Shown here: in pieces, positions 1-10,207 of the stretch | How the letters are laid out: every line of letters begins with the position of its first letter | How positions within the stretch are numbered: position 1 is the stretch's first letter | From: a phage | Sequence record: PZ386972.1 | DNA: 64,000 nt | Reading direction: 5' to 3' (one strand) | The notes under the pieces: generated by a model | The model's database searches: none | The model's input: the letters and a program-made list of their open reading frames with translations, nothing else | Told to the model about the DNA's origin: nothing | Translations under genes and position numbers: made by a program

Positions 1-1317
1 ATGGAAGTATCAAGACCCTACGTTAACACAGTAGATGTTATTGATTTCGGAATAGACAAACGTTTCTTTCGTCTACCTGTTTCTGGAATACTAGCTCAAG
101 AGGGTATTACACCTAATGGTCCTCAAATAGCAATTATTAATGCTCTAGAAGATCCTAGACATCGTTTTGTAACGGCGTGTGTATCACGCCGTGTAGGTAA
201 ATCCTTTATAGCGTATACACTTGGGTTCCTAAAATTGCTGGAACCTAATGTGAAGGTGCTAGTAGTTGCCCCTAACTACTCACTGGCCAACATCGGATGG
301 TCTCAGATTCGTGGCCTTATTAAGAAGTATGGCCTACAAACCGAACGTGAGAACGCTAAAGATAAAGAAATAGAGTTAGCTAATGGTTCTCTATTTAAAC
401 TAGCTTCTGCTGCTCAGGCTGACTCCGCAGTTGGACGTTCATATGATTTTATCATCTTCGATGAGGCGGCAATTTCCGATGTGGGTGGTGATGCCTTTAG
501 GGTTCAGTTACGTCCTACTCTAGATAAACCTAATTCTAAGGCTCTATTTATTTCCACCCCTCGTGGAGGTAACTGGTTTAAAGAGTTTTACGCCTACGGA
601 TTTGATGATACATTACCTAACTGGGTATCTATTCATGGTACATATCGTGATAACCCACGTGCTGACCTGAATGACATCGAAGAAGCACGTCGTACTGTTA
701 GTAAAAACTACTTCCGTCAAGAATATGAGGCTGACTTCTCTGTATTCGAAGGTCAGATCTTTGATACCTTTAATGCTATCGATCATGTTAAAGATCTCAA
801 AGGTATGCGTCACTTCTTTAAAGATGATGAGGCATTCGAAACGTTGCTTGGCATTGACGTTGGTTATCGTGACCCTACAGCAGTTCTTACTATTAAATAT
901 CACTATGATACAGATACTTACTATGTATTAGAAGAGTACCAGCAGGCGGAGAAAACTACAGCTCAGCACGCTGCGTATATTCAGCACTGTATAGATCGTT
1001 ATAAAGTTGATCGTGTTTTTGTTGACTCTGCCGCAGCTCAGTTCCGCCAGGACTTAGCTTATGAACATGAAATTGCATCGGCTCCTGCTAAAAAATCTGT
1101 CCTAGATGGTCTAGCATGCTTGCAAGCGCTATTCCAGCAGGGCAAGATTATTGTAGATGCTTCATGTTCCTCATTAATCCATGCATTGCAGAACTATAAG
1201 TGGGATTTCCAAGAGGGTGAAGAGAAATTATCACGTGAAAAACCACGTCATGATGCTAACTCTCACCTTTGTGATGCGCTGCGCTATGGAATTTACTCTA
1301 TTTCCCGTGGTAAATAA
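1..1317 (+). CDS. terminase large subunit; ORF starts at window position 1, so the true 5' end may coincide with or precede the window edge
   Basis: 438-aa ORF with Walker A-like VGKSF and Walker B-like IIFDEAA; first gene of packaging/head module followed by portal, protease, capsid. Confidence 0.8.
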   Translation: MEVSRPYVNTVDVIDFGIDKRFFRLPVSGILAQEGITPNGPQIAIINALEDPRHRFVTACVSRRVGKSFIAYTLGFLKLLEPNVKVLVVAPNYSLANIGWSQIRGLIKKYGLQTERENAKDKEIELANGSLFKLASAAQADSAVGRSYDFIIFDEAAISDVGGDAFRVQLRPTLDKPNSKALFISTPRGGNWFKEFYAYGFDDTLPNWVSIHGTYRDNPRADLNDIEEARRTVSKNYFRQEYEADFSVFEGQIFDTFNAIDHVKDLKGMRHFFKDDEAFETLLGIDVGYRDPTAVLTIKYHYDTDTYYVLEEYQQAEKTTAQHAAYIQHCIDRYKVDRVFVDSAAAQFRQDLAYEHEIASAPAKKSVLDGLACLQALFQQGKIIVDASCSSLIHALQNYKWDFQEGEEKLSREKPRHDANSHLCDALRYGIYSISRGK

Positions 1318-1328
1318 ATAAGTATAGG

Positions 1329-1356
1329 ATGGGATACTACTCAGTTGGTATCCCAT
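1329..1356 (+). other. 9-bp stem hairpin (ATGGGATAC / GTATCCCAT) downstream of terminase stop; weak terminator or RNA processing site
   Basis: inverted repeat read directly; T-run downstream is short and displaced. Confidence 0.3.
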
Positions 1357-1376
1357 TCCTGCATTTTAAAATCCCC

Positions 1377-1405
1377 TTTACAAATTCGATACGATTATGT
1401 ATACT
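1377..1405 (+). promoter_or_regulatory. sigma70-like promoter (TTTACA, 17 bp, TATACT) upstream of HNH-like gene
   Basis: hexamers and spacing read directly; followed by GAGGAG RBS and ATG at 1432. Confidence 0.4.
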
Positions 1406-1431
1406 ATATTCATACAGTTGAGGAGAATACT

Positions 1432-1869
1432 ATGGCAAGCAATGTAAAATATAAACGCGATGCTATATCCCTTATGAGAGACGGAATAAAAAGTCAATAT
1501 AAAAAAGACTCTCAATGTGCTATCTGCGGTTGTGCTGAAGAATTAGAGCTTCATCATTTCCATACGGTGTCTCTACTAGTTAAAAAATTTGCTAAAGAAC
1601 TCCAATTGGATTTCACTGACGAAGAAACAGTCCTTTCAAATAGGACGGCATTCTATGATCGATATAGGCATGAGCTAGTAGAAGACACTGTTACCCTTTG
1701 TGTACGCCATCACCAATTATTACATAAGGTTTACACAAAAGAACCTCCTTTATTTTCTGCTAATAAGCAAAAAGTGTGGGTTCAAAAGCAGAAAGACAAA
1801 TTACAGAATCCTCAAGAAAAGACACAAGTCAAGACTGAAACAAAATCAGGATTCGCAAGGTTCTTATAA
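1432..1869 (+). CDS. HNH-like zinc-finger protein between terminase and portal
   Basis: CAICGC...LELHHFH...LCVRHHQLLH resembles a CxxC / HH / CxxH HNH core; GAGGAG RBS 5 nt upstream of ATG; the six-frame ORF 1345-1869 begins with TTG inside the hairpin and is likely too long. Confidence 0.55.
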   Translation: MASNVKYKRDAISLMRDGIKSQYKKDSQCAICGCAEELELHHFHTVSLLVKKFAKELQLDFTDEETVLSNRTAFYDRYRHELVEDTVTLCVRHHQLLHKVYTKEPPLFSANKQKVWVQKQKDKLQNPQEKTQVKTETKSGFARFL

Positions 1870-3086
1870 TGGGTTTTAAAAGCTGGATTACTGAAAAGCT
1901 AAATCCGGGTCAACGTATTATAAGAGACATGGAACCAGTTAGTCATCGCACTAACCGTAAGCCTTTTACCACTGGACAAGCCTACAGTAAAATTGAGATT
2001 CTCAATAGAACTGCTAATATGGTTATAGATAGTGCGGCGGAGTGTTCTTATACTGTCGGAGATAAATATAATATTGTCACGTATGCCAATGGCATCAAGA
2101 CAAAGACTCTAGACACTCTCTTAAATGTACGACCTAATCCATTCATGGATATAAGCACATTCCGTAGACTTGTAGTCACTGACCTACTTTTTGAAGGTTG
2201 TGCATACATCTATTGGGATGGCACAGCACTTTATCATGTCCCTGCTGCACTAATGCAAGTAGAGGCAGATGCCAATAAGTTTATCAAAAAATTTATATTT
2301 AATAATCAGATAGACTATCGCGTAGATGAGATTATCTTTATAAAGGATAACAGTTACGTGTGTGGCACAAACTCTCAAATTTCTGGACAATCTCGTGTTG
2401 CTACTGTTATTGATTCTCTTGAGAAGCGTTCCAAGATGCTTAACTTTAAAGAGAAATTCCTCGATAACGGAACCGTGATTGGTCTTATTCTTGAGACGGA
2501 TGAAATCCTGAACAAGAAATTGCGTGAGCGTAAACAAGAAGAATTACAACTAGATTATAATCCTAGTACTGGTCAGTCCTCTGTCCTGATTCTAGATGGT
2601 GGTATGAAAGCTAAACCGTACTCCCAAATATCCTCTTTTAAAGATCTAGACTTTAAGGAAGACATTGAAGGATTTAATAAATCTATCTGTCTAGCCTTTG
2701 GTGTTCCGCAAGTACTGCTTGATGGTGGTAATAATGCGAACATTCGACCAAACATCGAATTGTTCTACTATATGACTATCATCCCTATGCTGAACAAGCT
2801 GACTAGTTCTCTTACTTTCTTTTTTGGTTATAAGATTACTCCTAATACTAAGGAAGTAGCTGCATTAACACCAGATAAAGAATCTGAGGCTAAACATTTA
2901 ACCTCATTGGTTAATAATGGTATTATAACTGGTAACGAAGCTCGTTTAGAGCTGAACCTTGAACCTTTAGATGATGAGCAGATGAATAAGATTCGTATTC
3001 CTGCTAACGTTGCTGGTTCTGCAACAGGCGTATCTGGTCAAGAAGGTGGTAGACCTCAAGGTTCCACCGAGGGAGATAAAGAATGA
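1869..3086 (+). CDS. portal protein
   Basis: 405-aa ORF directly after terminase; start overlaps previous stop (TAATG); size and position match siphophage portal. Confidence 0.8.
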   Translation: MGFKSWITEKLNPGQRIIRDMEPVSHRTNRKPFTTGQAYSKIEILNRTANMVIDSAAECSYTVGDKYNIVTYANGIKTKTLDTLLNVRPNPFMDISTFRRLVVTDLLFEGCAYIYWDGTALYHVPAALMQVEADANKFIKKFIFNNQIDYRVDEIIFIKDNSYVCGTNSQISGQSRVATVIDSLEKRSKMLNFKEKFLDNGTVIGLILETDEILNKKLRERKQEELQLDYNPSTGQSSVLILDGGMKAKPYSQISSFKDLDFKEDIEGFNKSICLAFGVPQVLLDGGNNANIRPNIELFYYMTIIPMLNKLTSSLTFFFGYKITPNTKEVAALTPDKESEAKHLTSLVNNGIITGNEARLELNLEPLDDEQMNKIRIPANVAGSATGVSGQEGGRPQGSTEGDKE

Positions 3087-3562
3087 TTGATTATAGTGGT
3101 CTAAAGACCATTTTTGGTGAAAAACTGCCAGAATCTCATATCTTCTTTGCTACGGTTGCTGCGCATAAATATGTTCCTAGCTACGCTTTTCTGCGTAGAG
3201 AACTAGGACTTTCATCTGCGCATACTAACCGTAAAGTATGGAAGAAATTTGTAGAGACCTATGGTAAAGCAGTTCCTCCTGCTCCACCATTAACTCTTTC
3301 TAAGGATTTAACTGCTAGCATGTCCGTTGAAGAGGGAGCAGCGTTAACCCTTTCTGTTACTGCAACCGGTGGTACTGGTCCATATACTTATGCATGGACT
3401 AAAGATGGTTCTCCTATTCCAGAGGCTTCAGGAGCTACCTATACTAAGCCTACAGCAGCTACTGGGGATTCTGGAGCTTATAAAGTAACTGTAACAGATA
3501 GTAAGAAAGTTAGTAAACCTTCCACTACATGTACTGTGACAGTAAACCCAAGTGGAGGCTAA
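3083..3562 (+). CDS. head decoration protein with C-terminal Ig-like domain (pb10-like)
   Basis: ATGA start/stop overlap with portal; C-terminal LTLSVTATGGTGPYTYAWTKDGSPI...YKVTVTD is a typical phage-surface Ig-like fold signature. Confidence 0.7.
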   Translation: MIDYSGLKTIFGEKLPESHIFFATVAAHKYVPSYAFLRRELGLSSAHTNRKVWKKFVETYGKAVPPAPPLTLSKDLTASMSVEEGAALTLSVTATGGTGPYTYAWTKDGSPIPEASGATYTKPTAATGDSGAYKVTVTDSKKVSKPSTTCTVTVNPSGG

Positions 3563-3565
3563 TAA

Positions 3566-4198
3566 ATGACACAAGCTGCTATTGACTATAACAAGTTAAA
3601 ATCAGCACCGGTTCATTTAGATGCTTATATTAAATCTATTGATAGCGAATCCAAAGAGGGTGTTGTAAAAATACGTGGATTCGCTAATACAATTAGTAAA
3701 GATCGCGCTGGTGATGTAATCCCTGCTTCGGCATGGAAAACATCTAATGCACTTGCTAACTACATGAAAAACCCGATTATTCTTTTCGGACACGACCATC
3801 GTCGTCCAATCGGCAAGTGTATTGATCTTAACCCTACTGAAATGGGTCTCGAAATCGAATGCGAGATCTATGAAAGTTCTGATCCGGCTATCTTTTCACT
3901 AATTAAAAACGGTGTACTGAAAACTTTTAGTATCGGATTCCGCTGCCTAGATGCAGAGTGGGATGAAGCTACTGATATATTTATTATTAAAGATTTAGAA
4001 CTATACGAAGTTTCGGTAGTTTCTGTACCTTGTAATCAGGACTCGACCTTCAATCTCGCTAAGAGCATGAATGGTCATGATTATACTGAATGGCGTAAAT
4101 CTTTTACTGCAATAAGTTCTAAAGCTGTCCCAGCTCAAGAACGTAATCTTTCTGAACTAGAAAAACTTGCGATAGCTTTAGGCTACGTTAAAGAATAA
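3566..4198 (+). CDS. prohead maturation protease
   Basis: 210-aa ORF between decoration and capsid genes; size and position of an HK97-type prohead protease. Confidence 0.75.
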   Translation: MTQAAIDYNKLKSAPVHLDAYIKSIDSESKEGVVKIRGFANTISKDRAGDVIPASAWKTSNALANYMKNPIILFGHDHRRPIGKCIDLNPTEMGLEIECEIYESSDPAIFSLIKNGVLKTFSIGFRCLDAEWDEATDIFIIKDLELYEVSVVSVPCNQDSTFNLAKSMNGHDYTEWRKSFTAISSKAVPAQERNLSELEKLAIALGYVKE

Positions 4199-4215
4199 CG
4201 GAGAATTATTTAAAA

Positions 4216-5592
4216 ATGACTATTGATATTAATAAGCTGAAAGAAGAACTTGGTCTGGGTGATCTGGCTAAATCTCTGGAAGGTCTGACCGCTGCTCAGA
4301 AAGCTCAGGAAGCTGAACGTATGCGTAAAGAGCAGGAAGAAAAAGAACTGGCTCGTATGAATGATCTGGTTTCTAAAGCAGTTGGCGAAGATCGTCAGAA
4401 GCTAGAAGAAGCTCTGGAACTGGTTAAATCCCTGGATGAAAAATCCAAGAAGAGCGCAGAACTGTTTGCACAGACTGTAGAAAAACAGCAGGAAACTATT
4501 GTTGGTCTTCAGGACGAAATCAAATCTCTGCTGGCAGCTCGTGAAGGGCGTTCCTTCGTCGGTGATAGCGTAGCTAAAGCACTGTACGGTACTCAAGAAA
4601 ACTTTGAAGACGAAGTGGAGAAACTGGTTCTTCTGTCCTACGTGATGGAAAAAGGTGTATTTGATACCGAACATGGCCAGAGACACCTGAAAACTGTAAA
4701 CCAGTCCTCCTCAGTAGAAGTTTCTAGTGAAAGCTATGAAACTATTTTCTCCCAGCGTATTATTCGTGACCTGCAGAAAGAACTAGTAGTTGGTGCTCTG
4801 TTTGAAGAACTGCCAATGTCCAGCAAAATTCTTACTATGCTGGTTGAACCAGATGCTGGTAAAGCTACTTGGGTAGATGCCGCTACTTACGGTACTGATG
4901 CTACTACTGGTAATGAAGTTAAAGGCGCTCTTAAAGAGATCAGTTTCAAAACTTACAAACTGGCTGCTAAATCCTTCATTACTGATGAAACTGAAGAAGA
5001 TGCAATCTTCTCCTTGCTGCCACTGCTTCGTAAGCGTCTGATTGAAGCACATGCTGTTTCTATCGAAGAAGCTTTCATGACTGGTGATGGTTCTGGTAAG
5101 CCGAAAGGTCTGCTGACTCTTGCTAGTGAAGACAGTGCTAAAGTTATTACTGAAGCTAAAGCTGATGGTTCTGTTCTGGTAACTGCTAAAACTATCTCTA
5201 AACTGCGTCGTAAATTGGGCCGTCATGGTCTGAAACTGAGCAAACTGGTACTGATCGTATCTATGGATGCTTATTACGATCTGCTGGAAGATGAAGAATG
5301 GCAGGATGTTGCCCAGGTTGGTAATGATGCTGTTAAACTGCAAGGTCAGGTTGGTCGTATTTACGGTCTGCCGGTTGTAGTTTCTGAGTACTTCCCGGCT
5401 AAAGCTACCTCCGCAGAGTTCGCAGTTATTGTTTACAAAGATAACTTCGTAATGCCACGTCAGCGTGCTGTTACTGTTGAACGTGAGCGCCAAGCTGGTA
5501 AACAGCGTGATGCGTACTACGTTACTCAGCGTGTTAACCTGCAACGTTACTTTAATAATGGCGTTGTATCTGGTGCTTACGCTGCATCTTAA
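4216..5592 (+). CDS. major capsid protein precursor with N-terminal coiled-coil scaffold-like domain (pb8-like)
   Basis: 458-aa ORF; charged coiled-coil N-terminal ~150 aa then capsid-like body; followed by strong terminator. Confidence 0.85.
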   Translation: MTIDINKLKEELGLGDLAKSLEGLTAAQKAQEAERMRKEQEEKELARMNDLVSKAVGEDRQKLEEALELVKSLDEKSKKSAELFAQTVEKQQETIVGLQDEIKSLLAAREGRSFVGDSVAKALYGTQENFEDEVEKLVLLSYVMEKGVFDTEHGQRHLKTVNQSSSVEVSSESYETIFSQRIIRDLQKELVVGALFEELPMSSKILTMLVEPDAGKATWVDAATYGTDATTGNEVKGALKEISFKTYKLAAKSFITDETEEDAIFSLLPLLRKRLIEAHAVSIEEAFMTGDGSGKPKGLLTLASEDSAKVITEAKADGSVLVTAKTISKLRRKLGRHGLKLSKLVLIVSMDAYYDLLEDEEWQDVAQVGNDAVKLQGQVGRIYGLPVVVSEYFPAKATSAEFAVIVYKDNFVMPRQRAVTVERERQAGKQRDAYYVTQRVNLQRYFNNGVVSGAYAAS

Positions 5593-5611
5593 TACAGGCT
5601 TTTCAGCCGAT

Positions 5612-5640
5612 AAGGAGAGCTTCGGCTCTCCTTTTTTATT
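5612..5640 (+). terminator. rho-independent terminator after capsid gene
   Basis: GGAGAGC-ttcg-GCTCTCC hairpin followed by TTTTTTATT. Confidence 0.8.
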
Positions 5641-5651
5641 GGGAAAAATAA
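5636..5651 (+). other. conserved post-terminator motif TTATTGGGAAAAATAA, copy 1, abutting ATG at 5652
   Basis: near-identical copies at 10641-10658 and 14372-14389. Confidence 0.5.
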
Positions 5652-6164
5652 ATGCAAATCATCACAGCCGAAGATTATAGATTATATGGTGGTTTAAAAC
5701 GACCTGAATTAGAATCTGGTGTAGAAATGATGATTACTGCTGCCAATGCGCTGATCACGAGCCTTCTAGGCATGGATGATGCTGATGCGGTAGACCAGTT
5801 AATCAATACAAAACCTACACGTAGGAAATATTTTCTGAGCTCACCATCTGCTACCTCCGTAACTAAAGTGACGATTAACGATAATGAGATTGACCCAGAG
5901 CAGTATAAGCTATACTCTGATGGTATTATCCTTCTCAAATTTAATCCTCCAGAAGGTTATATGGATGTAGCATATACACAAGGTGGATTCAATCCAATAC
6001 CTGAAGATCTCAAACTTGCAGCATGTATGCTAGTAGATCATTGGCACAAACAAGATTATCGCCAAGCTAAAACAATTGGTGGTGAAACAGTAACCTTCAA
6101 TAATACTAAATCTGGTATTCCAGAGCATATTCGTACTATTATTGAAGTATATAGGAGAGTATAA
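5652..6164 (+). CDS. head completion / head-tail adaptor protein (putative)
   Basis: 170-aa ORF immediately downstream of capsid terminator in structural operon; assignment by synteny only. Confidence 0.45.
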   Translation: MQIITAEDYRLYGGLKRPELESGVEMMITAANALITSLLGMDDADAVDQLINTKPTRRKYFLSSPSATSVTKVTINDNEIDPEQYKLYSDGIILLKFNPPEGYMDVAYTQGGFNPIPEDLKLAACMLVDHWHKQDYRQAKTIGGETVTFNNTKSGIPEHIRTIIEVYRRV

Positions 6165-6931
6165 TGTCTCTTTCTGATCTAGCTAGACAAATTATTAAAG
6201 AGCAGCTAGATACTGCAAGTCGATCTGAAAACAATAAGAATACTGTTGTATACTCTGTTGAAACAGGATTAAAAGATCCTACCAGAGATGGTACTGTTGC
6301 TCAAGTATCTTTTAAGTTTTCAAAACCTGTATCACAAGATCTCCTTAATATTAGAACAGCTTCTATATTAAAAGCTGTATCCTCTAGTTTAGATCTTTCT
6401 GGAGATTTAGGTGCTCTAGAGAACTTAATACAAGCAACCGCTGGTAAAAAATCCTCAGTAGGTAAAAAACGTTCTACTGGTAGAGTGCAGGTAAATTTTG
6501 GTGATCCTAGTGATGTTGAAGATGGATATTCTGGTGCAGTAACAGGTGCTTCTGGACGTTTCGTGTCTAACAGCAATATGAAGGTTATACTGGAGATAGT
6601 TGCTAAAGAATACTTAATAAAGGATATGAAAAAAGCGGGAGCACCACTAAAATTTAGGACCGGTCGCTTTGCAAACTCTTTAAAAATTAAAGATGTTATG
6701 CTTCGTGATTCTGAAACTAGTAAAGGCTCCCCTGAATTGAACGTAACATATAATTATATGACTCGTCCATATTCTGTGTTCAATCCGGCAGTATCTACAT
6801 ACAGAAGATTATCTCTACGACCTTATCCTGGCGCTAGAAACCCACAAAAACTTATTGGTGAGGCTATAGCAAAAGCTGCAAGAGACCTGATTCACTCCAG
6901 ATATAAAATTAAGGTTAATCAAGGAACCTAA
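6164..6931 (+). CDS. structural protein of head-tail joining region (hypothetical)
   Basis: 255-aa ORF, start overlaps previous stop; synteny only. Confidence 0.45.
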   Translation: MSLSDLARQIIKEQLDTASRSENNKNTVVYSVETGLKDPTRDGTVAQVSFKFSKPVSQDLLNIRTASILKAVSSSLDLSGDLGALENLIQATAGKKSSVGKKRSTGRVQVNFGDPSDVEDGYSGAVTGASGRFVSNSNMKVILEIVAKEYLIKDMKKAGAPLKFRTGRFANSLKIKDVMLRDSETSKGSPELNVTYNYMTRPYSVFNPAVSTYRRLSLRPYPGARNPQKLIGEAIAKAARDLIHSRYKIKVNQGT

Positions 6932-6934
6932 TAA

Positions 6935-7420
6935 ATGGACCACAGAACAAGTATTGCACAAGCTATGGTTGACCGAATCTCTAAACAAATGGATGGTTCT
7001 CAACCTGACGAATATTTTAATAATCTATACGGAAACGTTTCTCGTCAAACTTATAAATTTGAGGAAATACGAGAGTTTCCTTATGTAGCAGTTCATATCG
7101 GAACTGAAACTGGGCAGTATCTTCCTTCAGGCCAACAGTGGATGTTTTTAGAACTTCCAATCCTGGTGTACGATAAAGAGAAAACAGACATTCAAGAGCA
7201 ACTTGAAAAACTCGTAGCGGATATAAAAACCGTTATTGACACAGGTGGAAATTTAGAATATACTGTTAGTAAACCTAATGGATCGACCTTCCCATGTGAG
7301 GCAACTGATATGATCATTACATCAGTTAGTACAGATGAGGGTCTACTGGCCCCATATGGTTTAGCAGAAATAAATGTAACAGTGAGGTATCAGCCTCCAC
7401 GTAGGTCACTTCGCAGATAA
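6935..7420 (+). CDS. tail completion / terminator protein (putative)
   Basis: 161-aa ORF immediately upstream of tail tube gene; synteny only. Confidence 0.4.
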   Translation: MDHRTSIAQAMVDRISKQMDGSQPDEYFNNLYGNVSRQTYKFEEIREFPYVAVHIGTETGQYLPSGQQWMFLELPILVYDKEKTDIQEQLEKLVADIKTVIDTGGNLEYTVSKPNGSTFPCEATDMIITSVSTDEGLLAPYGLAEINVTVRYQPPRRSLRR

Positions 7421-7446
7421 GTTACAGATTAGGAGAAAATAATTAA

Positions 7447-8841
7447 ATGTCTTTACAACTATTACGTAATACTCGAATCTTCGTGTCTACGGTTAAGACT
7501 GGTCATAATAAGACCAACACGCAAGAGATTCTAGTTCAGGATGATATTTCTTGGGGTCAGGACAGTAACTCAACAGATATTACTGTTAATGAGGCTGGTC
7601 CGCGTCCAACTCGTGGTTCTAAACGTTTTAACGACTCTTTAAACGCAGCTGAGTGGAGTTTCTCTACCTATATCCTGCCATATAAAGACAAAACTACTAA
7701 CAAACAAATTGTTCCTGACTATATGTTATGGCATGCACTTTCTAGTGGTAAAGCTATTAACCTAGAAGGTAATACGGGGGCACACAATAACGAAGCTAAC
7801 TTTATGGTTAACTTCAAAGATAACTCTTATCACGAGTTAGCAATGTTACACATTTATATTCTGACTGATAAAGCATGGAGTTATATCGATTCCTGTCAGA
7901 TTAATCAAGCAGAAGTTAACGTTGATATTGAAGATATTGGCCGTGTAACTTGGTCTGGTAATGGTAATCAGCTTATTCCTCTGGATGAGCAACCATTTGA
8001 CCCAGATGAAATAGGTATTGATGATGAAACTTACATGACTATCCAGGGTTCTTACATCAAGAACAAATTAACGATCCTTAAGATCAAGGACATGGATACC
8101 AATAAGTCTTACGACATACCAATTACCGGTGGTACTTTTACTATTAACAACAACATTACTTATCTAACACCTAATGTAATGTCCCGTGTTACTATTCCAA
8201 TTGGTTCCTTTACTGGTGCTTTTGAATTAACTGGTTCATTAACTGCTTATCTGAATGATAAATCTCTTGGTTCTATGGAACTGTATAAAGATCTTATCAA
8301 AACTCTGAAGGTAGTTAACCGCTTCGAAATAGCTCTAGTACTTGGTGGCGAGTATGAGGATGAACGTCCTGCAGCTATTCTGGTAGCCAAACAAGCGCAC
8401 GTTAATATTCCTACGATTGAGACTGATGATGTACTTGGTACATCAGTAGAGTTTAAGGCTATTCCGTCAGAGCTGGATGCAGGTGATGAGGGTTACTTAG
8501 GCTTCTCTAGTAAGTATACCAAAACAACTATTAATAACTTGATTGTTAATGGTAATGGTGCTACTGATGCTGTAACTGCAATTACTGTTAAATCTGCTGG
8601 TAATGTTACTACAGTAAACACTTCTGCCACTCTTCAGATGAGTGTTGAAGTTACTCCTTCTTCCGCAGAGAATAAGGAAGTTACTTGGGCTATCACTGCT
8701 GGTGATGCAGCTACTATCAGTGCAACAGGATTACTAAAAGCAGATGTTAGTAAAACTGGTGCAGTAACTGTAGAAGCTACTGCTAAAGATGGTTCTGGAG
8801 TTAAAGGCACTAAACAGATTACTGTAACAGCAGGTGGTTAA
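7447..8841 (+). CDS. tail tube protein with C-terminal Ig-like (Big_2-like) domain (pb6-like)
   Basis: 464-aa ORF; C-terminal TAITVKSAGNVTT...VTVEATAKDGSG...ITVTAGG Ig-like segment; RBS AGGAGAAAA upstream. Confidence 0.75.
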   Translation: MSLQLLRNTRIFVSTVKTGHNKTNTQEILVQDDISWGQDSNSTDITVNEAGPRPTRGSKRFNDSLNAAEWSFSTYILPYKDKTTNKQIVPDYMLWHALSSGKAINLEGNTGAHNNEANFMVNFKDNSYHELAMLHIYILTDKAWSYIDSCQINQAEVNVDIEDIGRVTWSGNGNQLIPLDEQPFDPDEIGIDDETYMTIQGSYIKNKLTILKIKDMDTNKSYDIPITGGTFTINNNITYLTPNVMSRVTIPIGSFTGAFELTGSLTAYLNDKSLGSMELYKDLIKTLKVVNRFEIALVLGGEYEDERPAAILVAKQAHVNIPTIETDDVLGTSVEFKAIPSELDAGDEGYLGFSSKYTKTTINNLIVNGNGATDAVTAITVKSAGNVTTVNTSATLQMSVEVTPSSAENKEVTWAITAGDAATISATGLLKADVSKTGAVTVEATAKDGSGVKGTKQITVTAGG

Positions 8842-8845
8842 TTAA

Positions 8846-9742
8846 ATGTTTTATTCTCTCATGCGAGAGTCTAAAATAGTTATTGAGTATGATGGTAGAG
8901 GGTATCATTTCGATGCCCTCTCTAACTATGATGCTAGTACGTCTTTTCAAGAGTTCAAAACTCTTAGACGTACTATTCATAATCGTACCAACTATGCAGA
9001 CTCTATTATTAATGCTCAAGATCCTTCATCTATTTCATTGGCAATAAATTTCAGTACTACGCTTATTGAATCTAATTTCTTTGATTGGATGGGATTCACG
9101 CGTGAGGGAAATTCTTTATTTTTGCCAAGAAATACTCCCAATATTGAACCTATTATGTTCAATATGTATATTATTAATCATAATAATAGCTGTATTTATT
9201 TCGAAAACTGTTATGTATCAACAGTTGATTTTTCTTTAGATAAAAGTATACCGATCCTAAATGTTGGTATTGAGTCTGGAAAATTCTCTGAAGTATCTAC
9301 TTTCCGCGATGGATATACAATTACACAAGGTGAAGTACTTCCATATAGTCCTCCAGCTGTGTATACTAATAGCGCGCCATTGCCCGCATTAATTTCAGCA
9401 TCTATGTCCTTCCAGCAACAATGTTCTTGGAGAGAAGATAGAAGTATATTTGATATAAATAAAGTTTATACTAATAAACGAGCTTATGTCAATGAGATGA
9501 ATGCTTCCGCAACGCTAGCTTTCTATTACGTTAAGAGATTGGTAGGAGATAAGTTCTTGAATCTAGACCCTGAAACAAGAACTCCACTAATTATTAAAAA
9601 TAAATATGTTTCTATAACATTCCCTTTAGCACGTATTTCAAAACGCCTAAACTTCTCAGATTTGTATCAGGTAGAGTATGATGTAATACCAACTGCTGAT
9701 TCAGATCCTGTAGAAATAAACTTCTTTGGAGAAAGAAAATAA
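8846..9742 (+). CDS. tail-associated hypothetical protein
   Basis: 298-aa ORF between tail tube and chaperone genes. Confidence 0.45.
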   Translation: MFYSLMRESKIVIEYDGRGYHFDALSNYDASTSFQEFKTLRRTIHNRTNYADSIINAQDPSSISLAINFSTTLIESNFFDWMGFTREGNSLFLPRNTPNIEPIMFNMYIINHNNSCIYFENCYVSTVDFSLDKSIPILNVGIESGKFSEVSTFRDGYTITQGEVLPYSPPAVYTNSAPLPALISASMSFQQQCSWREDRSIFDINKVYTNKRAYVNEMNASATLAFYYVKRLVGDKFLNLDPETRTPLIIKNKYVSITFPLARISKRLNFSDLYQVEYDVIPTADSDPVEINFFGERK

Positions 9743-10146
9743 TGATTAACTTAAAAGATATTACTCTAGAAACTCGTACGGTCACCCTTTCATACCCAGG
9801 TATGCCTAACTTTAAGCTAGAGCTTAATTATATGTCTCGTGCTACTTCTAAGCGAGTTATCACTTCTGCTAAGCGTGACGAGTGGGTTAACGGTACTTTG
9901 ATTCAGGTACAGGATGATGATAAGTTCATTGAAGCCTTCGTTGATGCTGCGATTAAAGGTTGGACTGGTTTGACTGTAGGTGACGTTGAAAAACTGATGC
10001 TGATTGAAACAGATGCTGATCCTGCTACGGAAGTTCCATTTAGTCGTGATAATGCTGTAATGCTTATGCAGAATTCTGCTGCGTTTGATTCTTGGATCAA
10101 CCAGACAGTGTTCCACTTAGACACTTTTCGTAGCTCAAAAGCGTAA
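9742..10146 (+). CDS. tail assembly chaperone (putative, gpG-like position)
   Basis: 134-aa acidic ORF two genes upstream of tape measure gene. Confidence 0.4.
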   Translation: MINLKDITLETRTVTLSYPGMPNFKLELNYMSRATSKRVITSAKRDEWVNGTLIQVQDDDKFIEAFVDAAIKGWTGLTVGDVEKLMLIETDADPATEVPFSRDNAVMLMQNSAAFDSWINQTVFHLDTFRSSKA

Positions 10147-10207
10147 AGAATTACTAGATGCTGTTGCTGATTTTGCAGATAAATGTATTAAAAGCTCAGC
10201 ATCTAAA

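Noticed and set aside
4783-5544. 253-aa ORF on - strand inside capsid gene
   Set aside because: Antisense to major capsid protein gene; composition is low complexity; no promoter or RBS context.
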